From positions 225,845-289,844 of the forward strand of contig CAZBHH010000001.1 in the NCBI GenBank assembly GCA_964492065.1: 64,000 nt of DNA, given 5' to 3'. The DNA comes from an uncultured Chitinophagales bacterium (GTDB taxonomy: Bacteria; Bacteroidota; Bacteroidia; Chitinophagales; BACL12). This document shows positions 26,718 through 36,441 of this stretch, in pieces. The notes under the pieces are model-generated. The model was not told the DNA's origin, did no database searches, and saw only the letters and a list, made by a program, of their open reading frames with translations. The position numbers were made by a program, and so were the translations under genes. Position 1 is the stretch's first letter. Each line of letters starts with the position of its first letter.

Positions 26718-28020
26718 AATACTTTTCATAATATTCAGAGAGTACATCACTCGTGTGCGCAAGCGCTCTTTTCTTCTGTTCACAATTCTCGGCCCTGTTT
26801 TTTTTATTGGGTTGATGTTTATGCCGTTGATATTTTCTTCATTTGGCGGCGACAGCAAGAAAATTTTAGTTAAAGACGACAGCGGTTTTATCGACGTATT
26901 GCCCGACTCTGCCGGCGTGTATTTCAAGTTCGGATATAATGAAATCCCGCTGGAAGATTTAAAAATGTCATACCCGCATCTCGAAGGCGGATTCGATGCG
27001 CTGTTGTACATCCCGCCGATTTCTGCGGAAAAACCGGTCGGGATAAAACTGTACAGCGAGGAGCAGATGAACATGATGACGCGGATGTATATCGAAACGG
27101 TTATTGCAAACAAACTGGAGAATGTAAACCTTAAGACACGCAATTTATCCAAAGAGGATATCATGCAATTACGGCCTGCAGTCGTTATTGATGATGCCGT
27201 TTTGGGAAAAGATAATGCGGAGGAAAAAGGCGATGCCATCATGGCGACGGCTATCGCATACATACTCGGATTTCTCACTTATATCGTTTTATTGGTTTAC
27301 GGCAGTATGGTACTGCGTGGCGTAATGGAAGAAAAATCAAACCGCATCGTCGAGGTAATGATATCATCGGTAAAGCCGTTTCAACTGATGATTGGAAAAA
27401 TCATCGGCATCGGCGCTGTGGGGCTCACCCAGTTTACAATTTGGGGGATTACGATTTTCATATTGCAGTTTGTCGTACAAATTATTTTTGCCGGGCAATT
27501 TTCTGAGATGGCGCAACAGAGTATTGCCTCAGATCCGAATGCGGAGATAGATACCATGCAACTGATGAATGCCCTGCAAAGCCTGCAGAGTATGAACCTC
27601 GGCTACCTGCTGGGTATTTTTATGATTTACTTTTTAGGTGGATATTTTTTGTACTCCTCCCTATTTGCGGCAATCGGTTCTCTTGCCAGCGACGACGACG
27701 GCGATATTCAGATGTATTCATTCCCGCTGACACTTTTGATAATTTTCTCCATATTTATTGCAATGGCAGTGATTCAGCAACCCAAATCTTCACTGGCATT
27801 CTGGGCATCGCTCATCCCGTTCAGTTCGCCTGTGGTTATGCCTGCATTGCTGCCATTTGGCGTTCCGGCCTGGCAACTGATTTTATCCATACTCTGCCTG
27901 ATCGGAGGGTTTATCTTCACCACATGGATTGCCGCCCGCATTTATAAAACCGGAATTTTAATGTATGGCAAGAAGCCAAAACTGAGAGAAATTTTCAGGT
28001 GGATGTTTTATAAGGGCTGA
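26710..28020 (+). CDS. ABC-2 type permease (NatB-like)
   Basis: One N-terminal TM, a large extracytoplasmic loop, then about 5 TMs. I prefer TTG at 26710, which gives (M)RKILFIIFREYITRVRKRSF, a typical N-terminus, and an 8-nt overlap with the ATPase. The track start at 26641 is also TTG. Confidence 0.75.
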   Translation: MRKILFIIFREYITRVRKRSFLLFTILGPVFFIGLMFMPLIFSSFGGDSKKILVKDDSGFIDVLPDSAGVYFKFGYNEIPLEDLKMSYPHLEGGFDALLYIPPISAEKPVGIKLYSEEQMNMMTRMYIETVIANKLENVNLKTRNLSKEDIMQLRPAVVIDDAVLGKDNAEEKGDAIMATAIAYILGFLTYIVLLVYGSMVLRGVMEEKSNRIVEVMISSVKPFQLMIGKIIGIGAVGLTQFTIWGITIFILQFVVQIIFAGQFSEMAQQSIASDPNAEIDTMQLMNALQSLQSMNLGYLLGIFMIYFLGGYFLYSSLFAAIGSLASDDDGDIQMYSFPLTLLIIFSIFIAMAVIQQPKSSLAFWASLIPFSSPVVMPALLPFGVPAWQLILSILCLIGGFIFTTWIAARIYKTGILMYGKKPKLREIFRWMFYKG

Positions 28021-28140
28021 TTGCAAAATACTATCGTTTTATACTTTCACAAAATCGGAAGTACCTCACCCGATGCGCCGTAGTTTGCGGCGTGGAATCG
28101 CCGCACAGCCTTCTTCAATTACTCGCGGAACCATGTCAAT

Positions 28141-29568
28141 TTATCGCAGGATCAACAACCTGTCAGCATCGAGGCGCAGCATGATAAATACCAGGATTGA
28201 AAAAGCTAAAACGGAAGAGCCACCGTAGGAAATAAACGGCAGCGGGATACCGATAACGGGCACCAGGCCGATGGTCATACCGACATTGATCATTATCTGG
28301 AAAAAGAATATGGCTGCAGCCGAATAACAATACACCCTGGAAAATACGGAGCGCTGCCGTTCTGCAATATGAATGATGCGCAACAGAAAAAATAAATAGG
28401 TGAGCAAAAACAGGCTCGTCCCGATAAAGCCAAACTCCTCACCGATGGTACAGAAAATAAAGTCCGTGCTCTGTTCGGGGACATGTTTTAATTGAGTGAG
28501 CGTCCCCTGCAAGTACCCCTTACCGGTGAGACCACCCGAACCAATCGTCATCTTACTCTGGATTACGTTGTAGTTTGCATCGGGGTCATCGCTCAGCCCG
28601 ACTAAAGTCAACACCCGCTGGCTTTGATGCGGCTCCAGCGCTTTCTGCATGATAAAATCCGTTCCGAAAGCGACAAACCCCGCGAGAAAAAAATACACGA
28701 ACAGCGGCAGCCAGATGCCGGAATAATTTATATTGCGAAGCACGATATAGGCAACGGCCAATAATGCGCCAACGGCTATAGCGCCGTACTTCAGAAATTC
28801 CGGGTGTTTAAATATGTAAAAGAATATGCCGATAGCAAGCACAATCAGAAATACAAACAGATAGGTGCGCCCGGGGAATTTTTTTGCCAACCGGGTAATA
28901 TTTCCAAAAATATATACGACAAGACCACCTGTTAAGACATAAATAATAATTGCGTGGCTTATCAGCAGCGACAATAAAAAGCAAACGCCAAACATAATGG
29001 CAATAACCACCTCGCTAATTTTAAACCCCTCGCGGTATAAAACGATAGCAAAAGCCAGATACACCAATGCCGAGCCCATATCCTGTTGGGCGATAATCAG
29101 CGCCATAGGCAATCCGCAGATACCGGCGGCAATAATTTTCTGGCGGGTGGTGCGCACAGCCGTCGAGAGCGAACTGATGTATTTAGCCAGCATCAGCGCC
29201 GTTGCCGTTTTTGCGAATTCGGCGGGTTGAAACTGAATGGAACCAATGGCGAGCCAGGAACGGGCTCCTTTAATTTCCTTTGCAAAGATGAAGGTAACGA
29301 TAAGCAGCAGGATAATGCCGATATACAGGGGTACGGAAAATTTCGTAAAGAAGTTGCTGTCGAAAGCAAGCAGCCCGAACCCGACAAACAATGAAATACA
29401 CATCCATATCATCTGCCGGCCGTGGGTGAGCGACAAATCAAAAAAATGGCTGGTTTCCTTATCGTAATCTACAGCAAAAACAGTGAGAGTACCCACTATG
29501 AGCAAGCTTAAATACAGGAACAACGCCGGCCTGTCGATATTCTGCAGCAAAGTAGTTTTATCTCTCAT
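28141..29568 (-). CDS. rodA: Rod-shape-determining SEDS glycosyltransferase RodA
   Basis: 475 aa, FtsW/RodA/SpoVE family with about 10 TMs. It sits immediately downstream of PBP2 with an 11-nt overlap. Confidence 0.85.
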   Translation of the reverse strand: MRDKTTLLQNIDRPALFLYLSLLIVGTLTVFAVDYDKETSHFFDLSLTHGRQMIWMCISLFVGFGLLAFDSNFFTKFSVPLYIGIILLLIVTFIFAKEIKGARSWLAIGSIQFQPAEFAKTATALMLAKYISSLSTAVRTTRQKIIAAGICGLPMALIIAQQDMGSALVYLAFAIVLYREGFKISEVVIAIMFGVCFLLSLLISHAIIIYVLTGGLVVYIFGNITRLAKKFPGRTYLFVFLIVLAIGIFFYIFKHPEFLKYGAIAVGALLAVAYIVLRNINYSGIWLPLFVYFFLAGFVAFGTDFIMQKALEPHQSQRVLTLVGLSDDPDANYNVIQSKMTIGSGGLTGKGYLQGTLTQLKHVPEQSTDFIFCTIGEEFGFIGTSLFLLTYLFFLLRIIHIAERQRSVFSRVYCYSAAAIFFFQIMINVGMTIGLVPVIGIPLPFISYGGSSVLAFSILVFIMLRLDADRLLILR

Positions 29569-31450
29569 CGCTATTTGTATTATTCGGTGCAGGAGTTCCT
29601 GCCGCCGCTGCTACCGGCGTAGGCATTACATGGATTAAATCAGTATTTATCATGCGATCTTCCAGGTACTTGCGCTTTGAGTCGATACTCCGGTTGATGT
29701 AATACTCCATCAGCAGACTGGCAATCGGCGCTGCATAGGTGGCGCCAAAACCGCTGTTTTCGACTAATACAGCTATTGCTATTTGGGGATTATTGCGGGG
29801 AGCAAAGCCCGAAAACTGGGAGTGATCTTTGCCATGCGGGTTCTCGGCGGTACCTGTCTTGCCGCACACTTCTATGCTGTCTATCCTCGCCACCCTTGCG
29901 GTGCCGGCTTTCACGACCATACTCAACCCTTCGGTGACAATATCGAAGTACTGCCTGTCAACCATCGTCTGATGCACAGTATGTAACACATTGAGAATAG
30001 AGTCTTCCCCATCTGCATATTTCAACACATGGGGTGCATACCAAAAACCGCCATTGGCAATTGCCGCCATCATATTCGCATTTTGCAGCGGTGTAACAAT
30101 CATTTGATCCTGCCCAATTCCCAGTGTAATAAAATTGGAAGAGCGCCAGCGGTTTTTGCCGTATATCTTATCGTAGTCGGCCGGGTCGGGGATGTTGCCG
30201 GGTTTTTCTCCCGGAAGGTCAACTCCCGTCAAAACGCCAATGCCGAAACTGGCCAGATACACATTTAATTTTTCCAGTCCTTCGGCGGCGCTTGTATTTT
30301 TATCATCGATAAAATGTTTCAGCACATAACAGTAATAGGCATTGCAGGAATGTTGAATACTCATTATCACATTGGCGGGATAGGGATGGCCATGACATCC
30401 CACCGTATGGCCGGCCATGCGATAGCCGCCGCCGCAGGAATAGCCCTGGTCAGGCGTTAACGTGCCTTCCTGTAATGCCACGAGCGCCATCAGCGGTTTA
30501 TACTGTGAACCCGGCGGATAATAGCCGGTCAATGCCCGGTTGTTCAATGGCCGCATCGGGTCTAATACGAGGGAGGCGTAGTTCTTCGTGCGCTTACTGC
30601 CGACGAGGATATTCGGATCGTAATACGGACTGCTCACCATGGCGAGAATTTCGCCCGTTGATGGTTCAATGGCCACAACGGCGCCTCTTTTGTTGCGCAT
30701 CAGCAATTCGGCGTATTGCTGTAATTCGATATCCAGTGATAGAGTCAGCGTTTTTCCCGCAACTACGGGGATGTCGTTTTCGCCCTGGCCGAGGCTGCCG
30801 ACTACCCGGTTATAGGCATCCACCACCATGTATTTATAACCCCGCTGGCCCCGCAGTAACTCTTCGTAATATTTTTCGACGCCGCTTTTACCGATATAAT
30901 CCCCAGGCTTATAATACCCGTTTGATCTTTTTATATCATTGCTATCCACTTCTGTAACATAACCCAACACATGAGCGGCAGATGCATAGGGATATTTGCG
31001 CACTGTTCTGATTTCGGGGAAAAACCCTTTGAACTCATAGAGGAATTCTTCTATCTTGCCGAAATCTTCGGCTGAAATTTGCGAAATAAATACCGAGGCG
31101 TGTAACGATGAGTAATTTCTCGCCTCTTTCATTTTTTGAATAAACGTCTCCTTATCAATTTGCAGCAATTCGCAAAAGCGGGCGGTGTCCATCGACCGCA
31201 CCTGGTAGGGTATCACCATGAGGTTATAGATCGGCTCGTTGTACACAATCAACTTGCCGTTGCGATCGTAAATCGGCCCCCGGTCGGGATATATGGTAAC
31301 TTTCCTGTACGCCCTGTCTTCGGCCAGTTCAGCGTAATCTTTATTGATTACCTGAAGGTATAACAAGCGAATTATATAAATGAGAAATACGGATGCTATG
31401 AACAACTGTATGACTATGCGCCTGCTTTTCCAACTGTCAATACCTGTCAT
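29558..31450 (-). CDS. mrdA: Penicillin-binding protein 2 (elongasome transpeptidase)
   Basis: 630 aa with an N-terminal TM and transpeptidase motifs SQYK (SxxK), SCN (SxN) and KTGT. Confidence 0.9.
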   Translation of the reverse strand: MTGIDSWKSRRIVIQLFIASVFLIYIIRLLYLQVINKDYAELAEDRAYRKVTIYPDRGPIYDRNGKLIVYNEPIYNLMVIPYQVRSMDTARFCELLQIDKETFIQKMKEARNYSSLHASVFISQISAEDFGKIEEFLYEFKGFFPEIRTVRKYPYASAAHVLGYVTEVDSNDIKRSNGYYKPGDYIGKSGVEKYYEELLRGQRGYKYMVVDAYNRVVGSLGQGENDIPVVAGKTLTLSLDIELQQYAELLMRNKRGAVVAIEPSTGEILAMVSSPYYDPNILVGSKRTKNYASLVLDPMRPLNNRALTGYYPPGSQYKPLMALVALQEGTLTPDQGYSCGGGYRMAGHTVGCHGHPYPANVIMSIQHSCNAYYCYVLKHFIDDKNTSAAEGLEKLNVYLASFGIGVLTGVDLPGEKPGNIPDPADYDKIYGKNRWRSSNFITLGIGQDQMIVTPLQNANMMAAIANGGFWYAPHVLKYADGEDSILNVLHTVHQTMVDRQYFDIVTEGLSMVVKAGTARVARIDSIEVCGKTGTAENPHGKDHSQFSGFAPRNNPQIAIAVLVENSGFGATYAAPIASLLMEYYINRSIDSKRKYLEDRMINTDLIHVMPTPVAAAAGTPAPNNTNSDER

Positions 31451-31974
31451 TTATTACCAAATGCTTTCCTGGGTGTAAATAAAAATGCAAACACTAAAAT
31501 TAATACGGTACTGAACAATGCACTCAATCCGATATTGAATAATGTAAACTGCAAATGCCGGAATGAAAACACTTCAATAAAGAAATAAGCGGTATGATGT
31601 ATCAGTACCATAATGAAAGTATAAATAAAGAACCATGTAGGTCCTAATTTGAAGATAGAGGGATTTTCGATATTCTCATAACCGGTCACCGGCGTCAGGG
31701 CTTTTAAAATGAACGGTCTGACAAATGCGAGGAAGACGCAGGCGGCCATTTGCATTCCGGGGGTATTATTAAACATATCTATTACGAGGCCCAGCAACAT
31801 TGCCAACACCATAATCAGCCATCGCGGTGTGGCAAAGGGGAGTGTGAGGATAAACATAATGAAAATATAGGGGTGCACATACAGTCCCACTTCCAGGTTA
31901 TTGAGTACCAACACCTGAAAACCTATCAGCAATACGAGGCCCGCCAACCGTGCTATCCAATTAATTACCGTCAT
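31447..31974 (-). CDS. mreD: Rod shape-determining protein MreD
   Basis: 175-aa polytopic membrane protein between mreC and mrdA, with ATGA-type overlaps on both sides. Confidence 0.75.
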   Translation of the reverse strand: MTVINWIARLAGLVLLIGFQVLVLNNLEVGLYVHPYIFIMFILTLPFATPRWLIMVLAMLLGLVIDMFNNTPGMQMAACVFLAFVRPFILKALTPVTGYENIENPSIFKLGPTWFFIYTFIMVLIHHTAYFFIEVFSFRHLQFTLFNIGLSALFSTVLILVFAFLFTPRKAFGNK

Positions 31975-32797
31975 GTGTTGCTTCCGTTTCCAATTGTTCC
32001 CTTTCTTCTTTTCTCAGGAAATTTACGATATACACGTATTTGAGCGTGCTGAAATTTGTACTTAGCTCTATATCCAAAGTATAAAAAACATTGCCCGGTT
32101 CCCTGCCAAAGGATTTTAAGATACCTACCAGGTGTCCGGGAGGATACACCATTGAGAATTCGGTTGTTACAATACTATCACCTTCGTATAACAATCCCGG
32201 TTCGGATACCTCTACCACGTTTGCCATTTTTGGATTGCCGTACACCCATTGCAGCCTTCCCTGAGCATTTAGGCGCTTAACGGCCACACGGGTGCTATAA
32301 TCGCCGTGCAGAACGGACAACACTACGCTGTAATTTTCGGATACGCTCTTTACTATACCCACAATGCCGTTGGAGGTAATGACTCCCATATCTTTTTTAA
32401 CCCCATCCTTTGCACCCTTATTTAAGGTGATATAATTATTGGGCTCGGTAAAACTGTTGTTGATTACCATTGCGGGGATATACGTATAAAGCACGTCTCC
32501 CATGCTATCGCTGACGGCAATAACTTTTGTCGAATCGCGGAATGTTATCAAATCCAGCTGTTCTCGCAATTCCACATTTTCACGCATTAAACTGTCATTT
32601 ACCTGTTTCAGATAAAAGTAATTGGTGAGATTGCCATAGGTATTTAACACATCGCCGGTAACGGTATTGGCAGTATTAATAAAATAGGTATTGTGATATA
32701 AGTTATTGCTGAAAATCAGCCAGAAGCTGGCAAATTCCAAAACGATAAACAGAATCAGTACGTGATTGCGAAGAAGAAATTGTAAAAAATTACGCAT
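31961..32797 (-). CDS. mreC: Rod shape-determining protein MreC
   Basis: 278 aa with an N-terminal TM, a coiled-coil (LMRENVELREQL) and beta-rich C-domains. It lies downstream of mreB. Confidence 0.85.
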   Translation of the reverse strand: MRNFLQFLLRNHVLILFIVLEFASFWLIFSNNLYHNTYFINTANTVTGDVLNTYGNLTNYFYLKQVNDSLMRENVELREQLDLITFRDSTKVIAVSDSMGDVLYTYIPAMVINNSFTEPNNYITLNKGAKDGVKKDMGVITSNGIVGIVKSVSENYSVVLSVLHGDYSTRVAVKRLNAQGRLQWVYGNPKMANVVEVSEPGLLYEGDSIVTTEFSMVYPPGHLVGILKSFGREPGNVFYTLDIELSTNFSTLKYVYIVNFLRKEEREQLETEATHDGN

Positions 32798-32813
32798 TCA
32801 ATCTCCTTGTGTT

Positions 32814-33839
32814 TTAACCGATGAATAATGCCTGGTAATGCTCCCTGTTTTTGAGAGCAATACCCGTTCCCCGCACCACTGCTCTGAGGGGATCATCAGC
32901 CACATGTACCGCCAACTTAGTGCGTTGACTTACCCGTTTGTCCAGGCCTCTCAATAAAGCGCCGCCACCCGTCAGGTGAATACCTTCTCTTTGAATATCG
33001 CTCGCAAGCTCCGGCGGAGTGGTTTCCAGTGCTTTCAGGATTGCCTCTTCCACTTTGCTGATAGACTTATCCAATGCATGACCGATTTCCGAATAAGTAA
33101 CCACCAGTTGTTTGGGGATACCGGTCATCAAGTCTCTGCCCGACACCTGGTAATCATCGGGGATTTCGTCGAGATCTATAAGAGCGGACCCCACATTGAT
33201 TTTAATTGCCTCAGCGGTGCGTTCGCCGATGAGCAGATTGTGTTGCCGCCGCATATAGTCCACGATATCGGCAGTAAACTCATCGCCAGCCACCCGGATG
33301 CTTTGGTCGCAAACAATCCCGGAAAGCGCCACCACGGCAATTTCGGTGGTGCCTCCACCGATATCAATGATCATGTGGCCAACGGGTTCCTGAACGTCCA
33401 GTCCGATACCCAGGGCAGCCGCCATCGGCTCCTGGATGAGATACACCTCCTTGGCCCCGGCTTGTTCGGCTGAATCCTTAACCGCACGCTTTTCCACCTC
33501 GGTAATACCCGAAGGAATACATATCACCATTACCAGCGAGGGCTTAAACAGCCTGTTCTTGGGAAAAATCATGCTTATCATGCCCCGCATCATCGTCTCA
33601 GCCGCCTGAAAATCGGCAATAACCCCGTCCTTTAAAGGCCTCACGGTTTTGATGTTATCATGGGTTTTCTCATGCATCTGCATCGCCCGTTTACCGACGG
33701 CTATCACCTTATCCGTTTTCCTGTCGATAGCGACGATGGAGGGTTCATCCACCATCACCTTTTCATGTGCGATAATCAATGTATTGGCCGTTCCGAGATC
33801 TATTGCTATCTCTTGCGAAAGAAAATTAAATATACCCAT
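32814..33839 (-). CDS. mreB: Rod shape-determining actin homolog MreB
   Basis: 341 aa with IAIDLGTANT, DIGGGTTE and LTGGGALLRGLD. Confidence 0.97.
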   Translation of the reverse strand: MGIFNFLSQEIAIDLGTANTLIIAHEKVMVDEPSIVAIDRKTDKVIAVGKRAMQMHEKTHDNIKTVRPLKDGVIADFQAAETMMRGMISMIFPKNRLFKPSLVMVICIPSGITEVEKRAVKDSAEQAGAKEVYLIQEPMAAALGIGLDVQEPVGHMIIDIGGGTTEIAVVALSGIVCDQSIRVAGDEFTADIVDYMRRQHNLLIGERTAEAIKINVGSALIDLDEIPDDYQVSGRDLMTGIPKQLVVTYSEIGHALDKSISKVEEAILKALETTPPELASDIQREGIHLTGGGALLRGLDKRVSQRTKLAVHVADDPLRAVVRGTGIALKNREHYQALFIG

Positions 33840-33885
33840 GTACCTGTTTAGTTTTAGCCTGCAGCGTGCAGGTTGAAATTACGTT

Positions 33886-35424
33886 TTAATGTTTAAAATG
33901 TCTTATACCTGTTAACAACATCGTCATTTGCCGGGCATTGCAATACGCAATGGAATCGCCGTCCTTAACGCTGCCGCCCGGTTGAATCACAGCCGTGATG
34001 CCCGCATCAAACGCTATCTCCACGCAATCGGGAAACGGGAAAAACGCCTCGCTCGCCATCACCGCTCCATTGGTTTCAAAACCGAAGTTCCTCGCTTTGG
34101 CAATCGCCTGCTTCAGGGCGTCCACCCTGCTGGTCTGACCGACGCCCGACGCTATTAACTGTCCGTTCTTCACCAGTGCAATCCCGTTGCTTTTCAGATG
34201 CTTTACGGCCATTTCGGCAAACAATAAATCATCAGACTCCTGTTGGGACGGCTGGCGGTTGGTTACCGCGGTTACAGTCCGTGCATTTGCCAGCGTTGTG
34301 TTTCTGTCTTGCAGCAAAACACCGTTCAACAAACTCTTAAACTGCTGTAACGGAAATACAAATTGTTTTTGTTTAAGCAGGATGCGGTTTTTTTTCGATT
34401 TGAGCAGATCGAGCGCCGCATCGCTGAAACCGGGGGCAATGCATACTTCAAAAAACAGCGGGTGAATCGCTTGTGCCGTTTCCAAATCCACGGCGCCGTT
34501 CGCAATTAAAACGCCGCCGAAAGCAGAGACCGGATCGGCGGCCAACGCTCTTTGATAGGCTGATTGCAGGTTTTCACCAAGCGCCAGGCCGCAGGCATTG
34601 GTATGTTTTAAAATAGCAAAACCCGGTTGACCATGTGCTATTTTCTGCATATCCTCCATCAGGAATACAGCGCTTTCAATATCCACCAGGTTGTTGTAAG
34701 AAATTTCTTTGCCGTTTAATTTTTCAAATACGTCGTCCAGGTTTCCGAAATAGGTGGCGCTTTGATGTGGATTTTCGCCGTAGCGCAACGCCATTGCATC
34801 GCCAAAGGTCCGGAAAATCCCGCTGTTGGTATCGCCGGTAACATAGTTGGCGATACTACAATCGTAGGCAGTAGTTATGCGAAATGCTTTGCCGGCAAAT
34901 TCCCGTCTCTGTTCCAAACTGCTGATGCCTCGTTGTTCGTTTAATACGTTGCTGAGAGCGTCATAATCATTCTTTGATGCGATAACCAACACATCCCTGA
35001 AATTTTTTGCCGCAGCACGAATCAGCGACACGCCGCCGATATCGATTTTCTCGACAATCTCCTGCTCCTCCGCAGAACGCCGCAGCGTTTCTTCGAACGG
35101 GTAGAGGTCGACGATTACTAAATCGAAGGCCGGGATGGCGTATTGTTCCATCTGCGCCACATCACTCGCCTCATTGCGCCGCCCCAGTATCCCGCCAAAC
35201 ACCTTTGGATGCAGTGTTTTAACCCTGCCGCCTAAAATGGATGGGTATCCGGTGAGATCCTCCACCGCATGTACCTGCACCCCCATGTCGGCAATAAATG
35301 CCGCCGTCCCACCGGTAGAATATATTTGAACGCCCAATGCGTCGAGTTGCCGGATTATTGCATCGAGGCGATCCTTGTAATACACAGAAATGAGAGCAGT
35401 CTTAATAGTTACGGGAAATAGCAT
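33886..35424 (-). CDS. purH: Bifunctional AICAR transformylase / IMP cyclohydrolase
   Basis: 512 aa with an MGS-like N-domain (ALISVYYKD, GGRVKTLHP) and an AICARFT C-domain (SEAFFPF, IQPGGS). Confidence 0.95.
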   Translation of the reverse strand: MLFPVTIKTALISVYYKDRLDAIIRQLDALGVQIYSTGGTAAFIADMGVQVHAVEDLTGYPSILGGRVKTLHPKVFGGILGRRNEASDVAQMEQYAIPAFDLVIVDLYPFEETLRRSAEEQEIVEKIDIGGVSLIRAAAKNFRDVLVIASKNDYDALSNVLNEQRGISSLEQRREFAGKAFRITTAYDCSIANYVTGDTNSGIFRTFGDAMALRYGENPHQSATYFGNLDDVFEKLNGKEISYNNLVDIESAVFLMEDMQKIAHGQPGFAILKHTNACGLALGENLQSAYQRALAADPVSAFGGVLIANGAVDLETAQAIHPLFFEVCIAPGFSDAALDLLKSKKNRILLKQKQFVFPLQQFKSLLNGVLLQDRNTTLANARTVTAVTNRQPSQQESDDLLFAEMAVKHLKSNGIALVKNGQLIASGVGQTSRVDALKQAIAKARNFGFETNGAVMASEAFFPFPDCVEIAFDAGITAVIQPGGSVKDGDSIAYCNARQMTMLLTGIRHFKH

Positions 35425-35446
35425 GCGCAGTAATAAAAATAAGTTG

Positions 35447-35454
35447 CAAAGTTA
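35447..35454 (-). promoter_or_regulatory. Candidate -7 box TAACTTTG (purH-mre operon)
   Basis: The plus strand reads CAAAGTTA. It lies 22 nt upstream of ATG 35424. Confidence 0.4.
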
Positions 35455-35545
35455 GTGGATACATACTGAATTCGCCTATTGCATTTCGCATTTCCCGTTT
35501 TTTTATAAAATCAAAAGCCGGCAGATTATTCTGGTTTATCATGAT

Positions 35546-35553
35546 TACATTTG
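35546..35553 (+). promoter_or_regulatory. Candidate -7 box TACATTTG (mobA-moa operon)
   Basis: Exact TAnnTTTG inside the palindrome ATTACAttTGTAAT. It lies 78-93 nt upstream of the possible mobA starts. Confidence 0.25.
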
Positions 35554-35631
35554 TAATTCTTTGATCCGTATAATTACACCTGCAAACAGGTAGAATTTTT
35601 TTAGGGAATTGGATGTTTTGAAATTTCGGGG

Positions 35632-36207
35632 ATGAGTATGCATGCGATGAGCGCCATAATAATTGCCGGCGGGCAAAGCAGCCGGATGGGGCGGGATAAA
35701 GGCCTGATGGACTGGAATGGCAAGGCGATGATACAATACGTAATCGAAGCCGTTTCGCCCCTGGTAAGCAACGTGCTGTTGATTACAAAAAACCCGCTGT
35801 ACAAGCGTTTCGGGCTGGAGTCGTTCCCCGATTTGATTCCGGGCTTAGGCCCTGCCGGTGGAATTTACACCGCTTTACACGCCAGTAAATCGGAAGCGAA
35901 CATGATTCTCAGTTGCGATATTCCTCTGATAACGACACCGACATTGCAAATTTTAAAAGACCGGCACAAGAGTTTTGAAATTACATTGGCTGCAACAGGC
36001 AATGTACCCGAACCCTTAATCGGCATTTATAATAAGAGTTGTTTTACCAAATGGAATGCGCTGATCGCACAAAAAAAAACGGCAGTACATCAAATGATAC
36101 GGCAATTTAATACGCAAATTATCGATATGACAACCATTGCGGGATTCAACCGCAATGAATTTACGAATATCAATACGCCACAGGAGTTGGAAAATTTAAC
36201 ACTATGA
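35632..36207 (+). CDS. mobA: Molybdenum cofactor guanylyltransferase MobA
   Basis: IIIAGGQSSRMGRDKGL is the hallmark N-terminus. The true start may be the ATG at 35638 or 35647. Confidence 0.8.
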   Translation: MSMHAMSAIIIAGGQSSRMGRDKGLMDWNGKAMIQYVIEAVSPLVSNVLLITKNPLYKRFGLESFPDLIPGLGPAGGIYTALHASKSEANMILSCDIPLITTPTLQILKDRHKSFEITLAATGNVPEPLIGIYNKSCFTKWNALIAQKKTAVHQMIRQFNTQIIDMTTIAGFNRNEFTNINTPQELENLTL

Positions 36208-36437
36208 AAATTCAGGTACTTACATTTGGAGTGATAAAGGAAATTATTCCGGAGGCGCATTTCGAAGTTGCCCCGGCATGCAGCGTTTTGCAGTTGCGCA
36301 ATTTTTTGAATGACCGCCATAGCGCTTTAAGGGGAATTCCCTACCTGGTGGCAGTAAATAAATCGATAGCTCCGGAGCAATACATCATTCAAACAGAAGA
36401 CGAGATTGCATTACTGCCGCCGTTTTCAGGAGGATAA
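36204..36437 (+). CDS. moaD: Molybdopterin synthase sulfur-carrier subunit MoaD (ThiS/MoaD fold)
   Basis: 77 aa ending in ..PPFSGG (C-terminal Gly-Gly). It is ATGA-coupled to mobA. Confidence 0.85.
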   Translation: MKIQVLTFGVIKEIIPEAHFEVAPACSVLQLRNFLNDRHSALRGIPYLVAVNKSIAPEQYIIQTEDEIALLPPFSGG

Positions 36438-36441
36438 CCCT

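Noticed and set aside
26688-27278. A 196-aa antisense ORF inside the ABC-2 permease gene. Similar cases: 39749-40279 (fhs), 53004-53612 (uvrB), 14621-15154 (T9SS cargo), 32976-33473 (mreB), 30475-30957 (mrdA).
   Set aside because: All are nested in strongly supported genes, have odd composition (R/S/C/P-rich) and show no recognisable domains. I treat them as shadow ORFs.
35425-35646. Possible ZTP (pfl) riboswitch upstream of purH, or a Moco riboswitch upstream of mobA, in the 208-nt divergent spacer.
   Set aside because: The purH leader implied by the -7 box is only about 15-20 nt. The mobA-side sequence is AT-rich, and I could not see extended GC-rich helices or the conserved cores I remember for either class. 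An Rfam scan is still needed to be sure.
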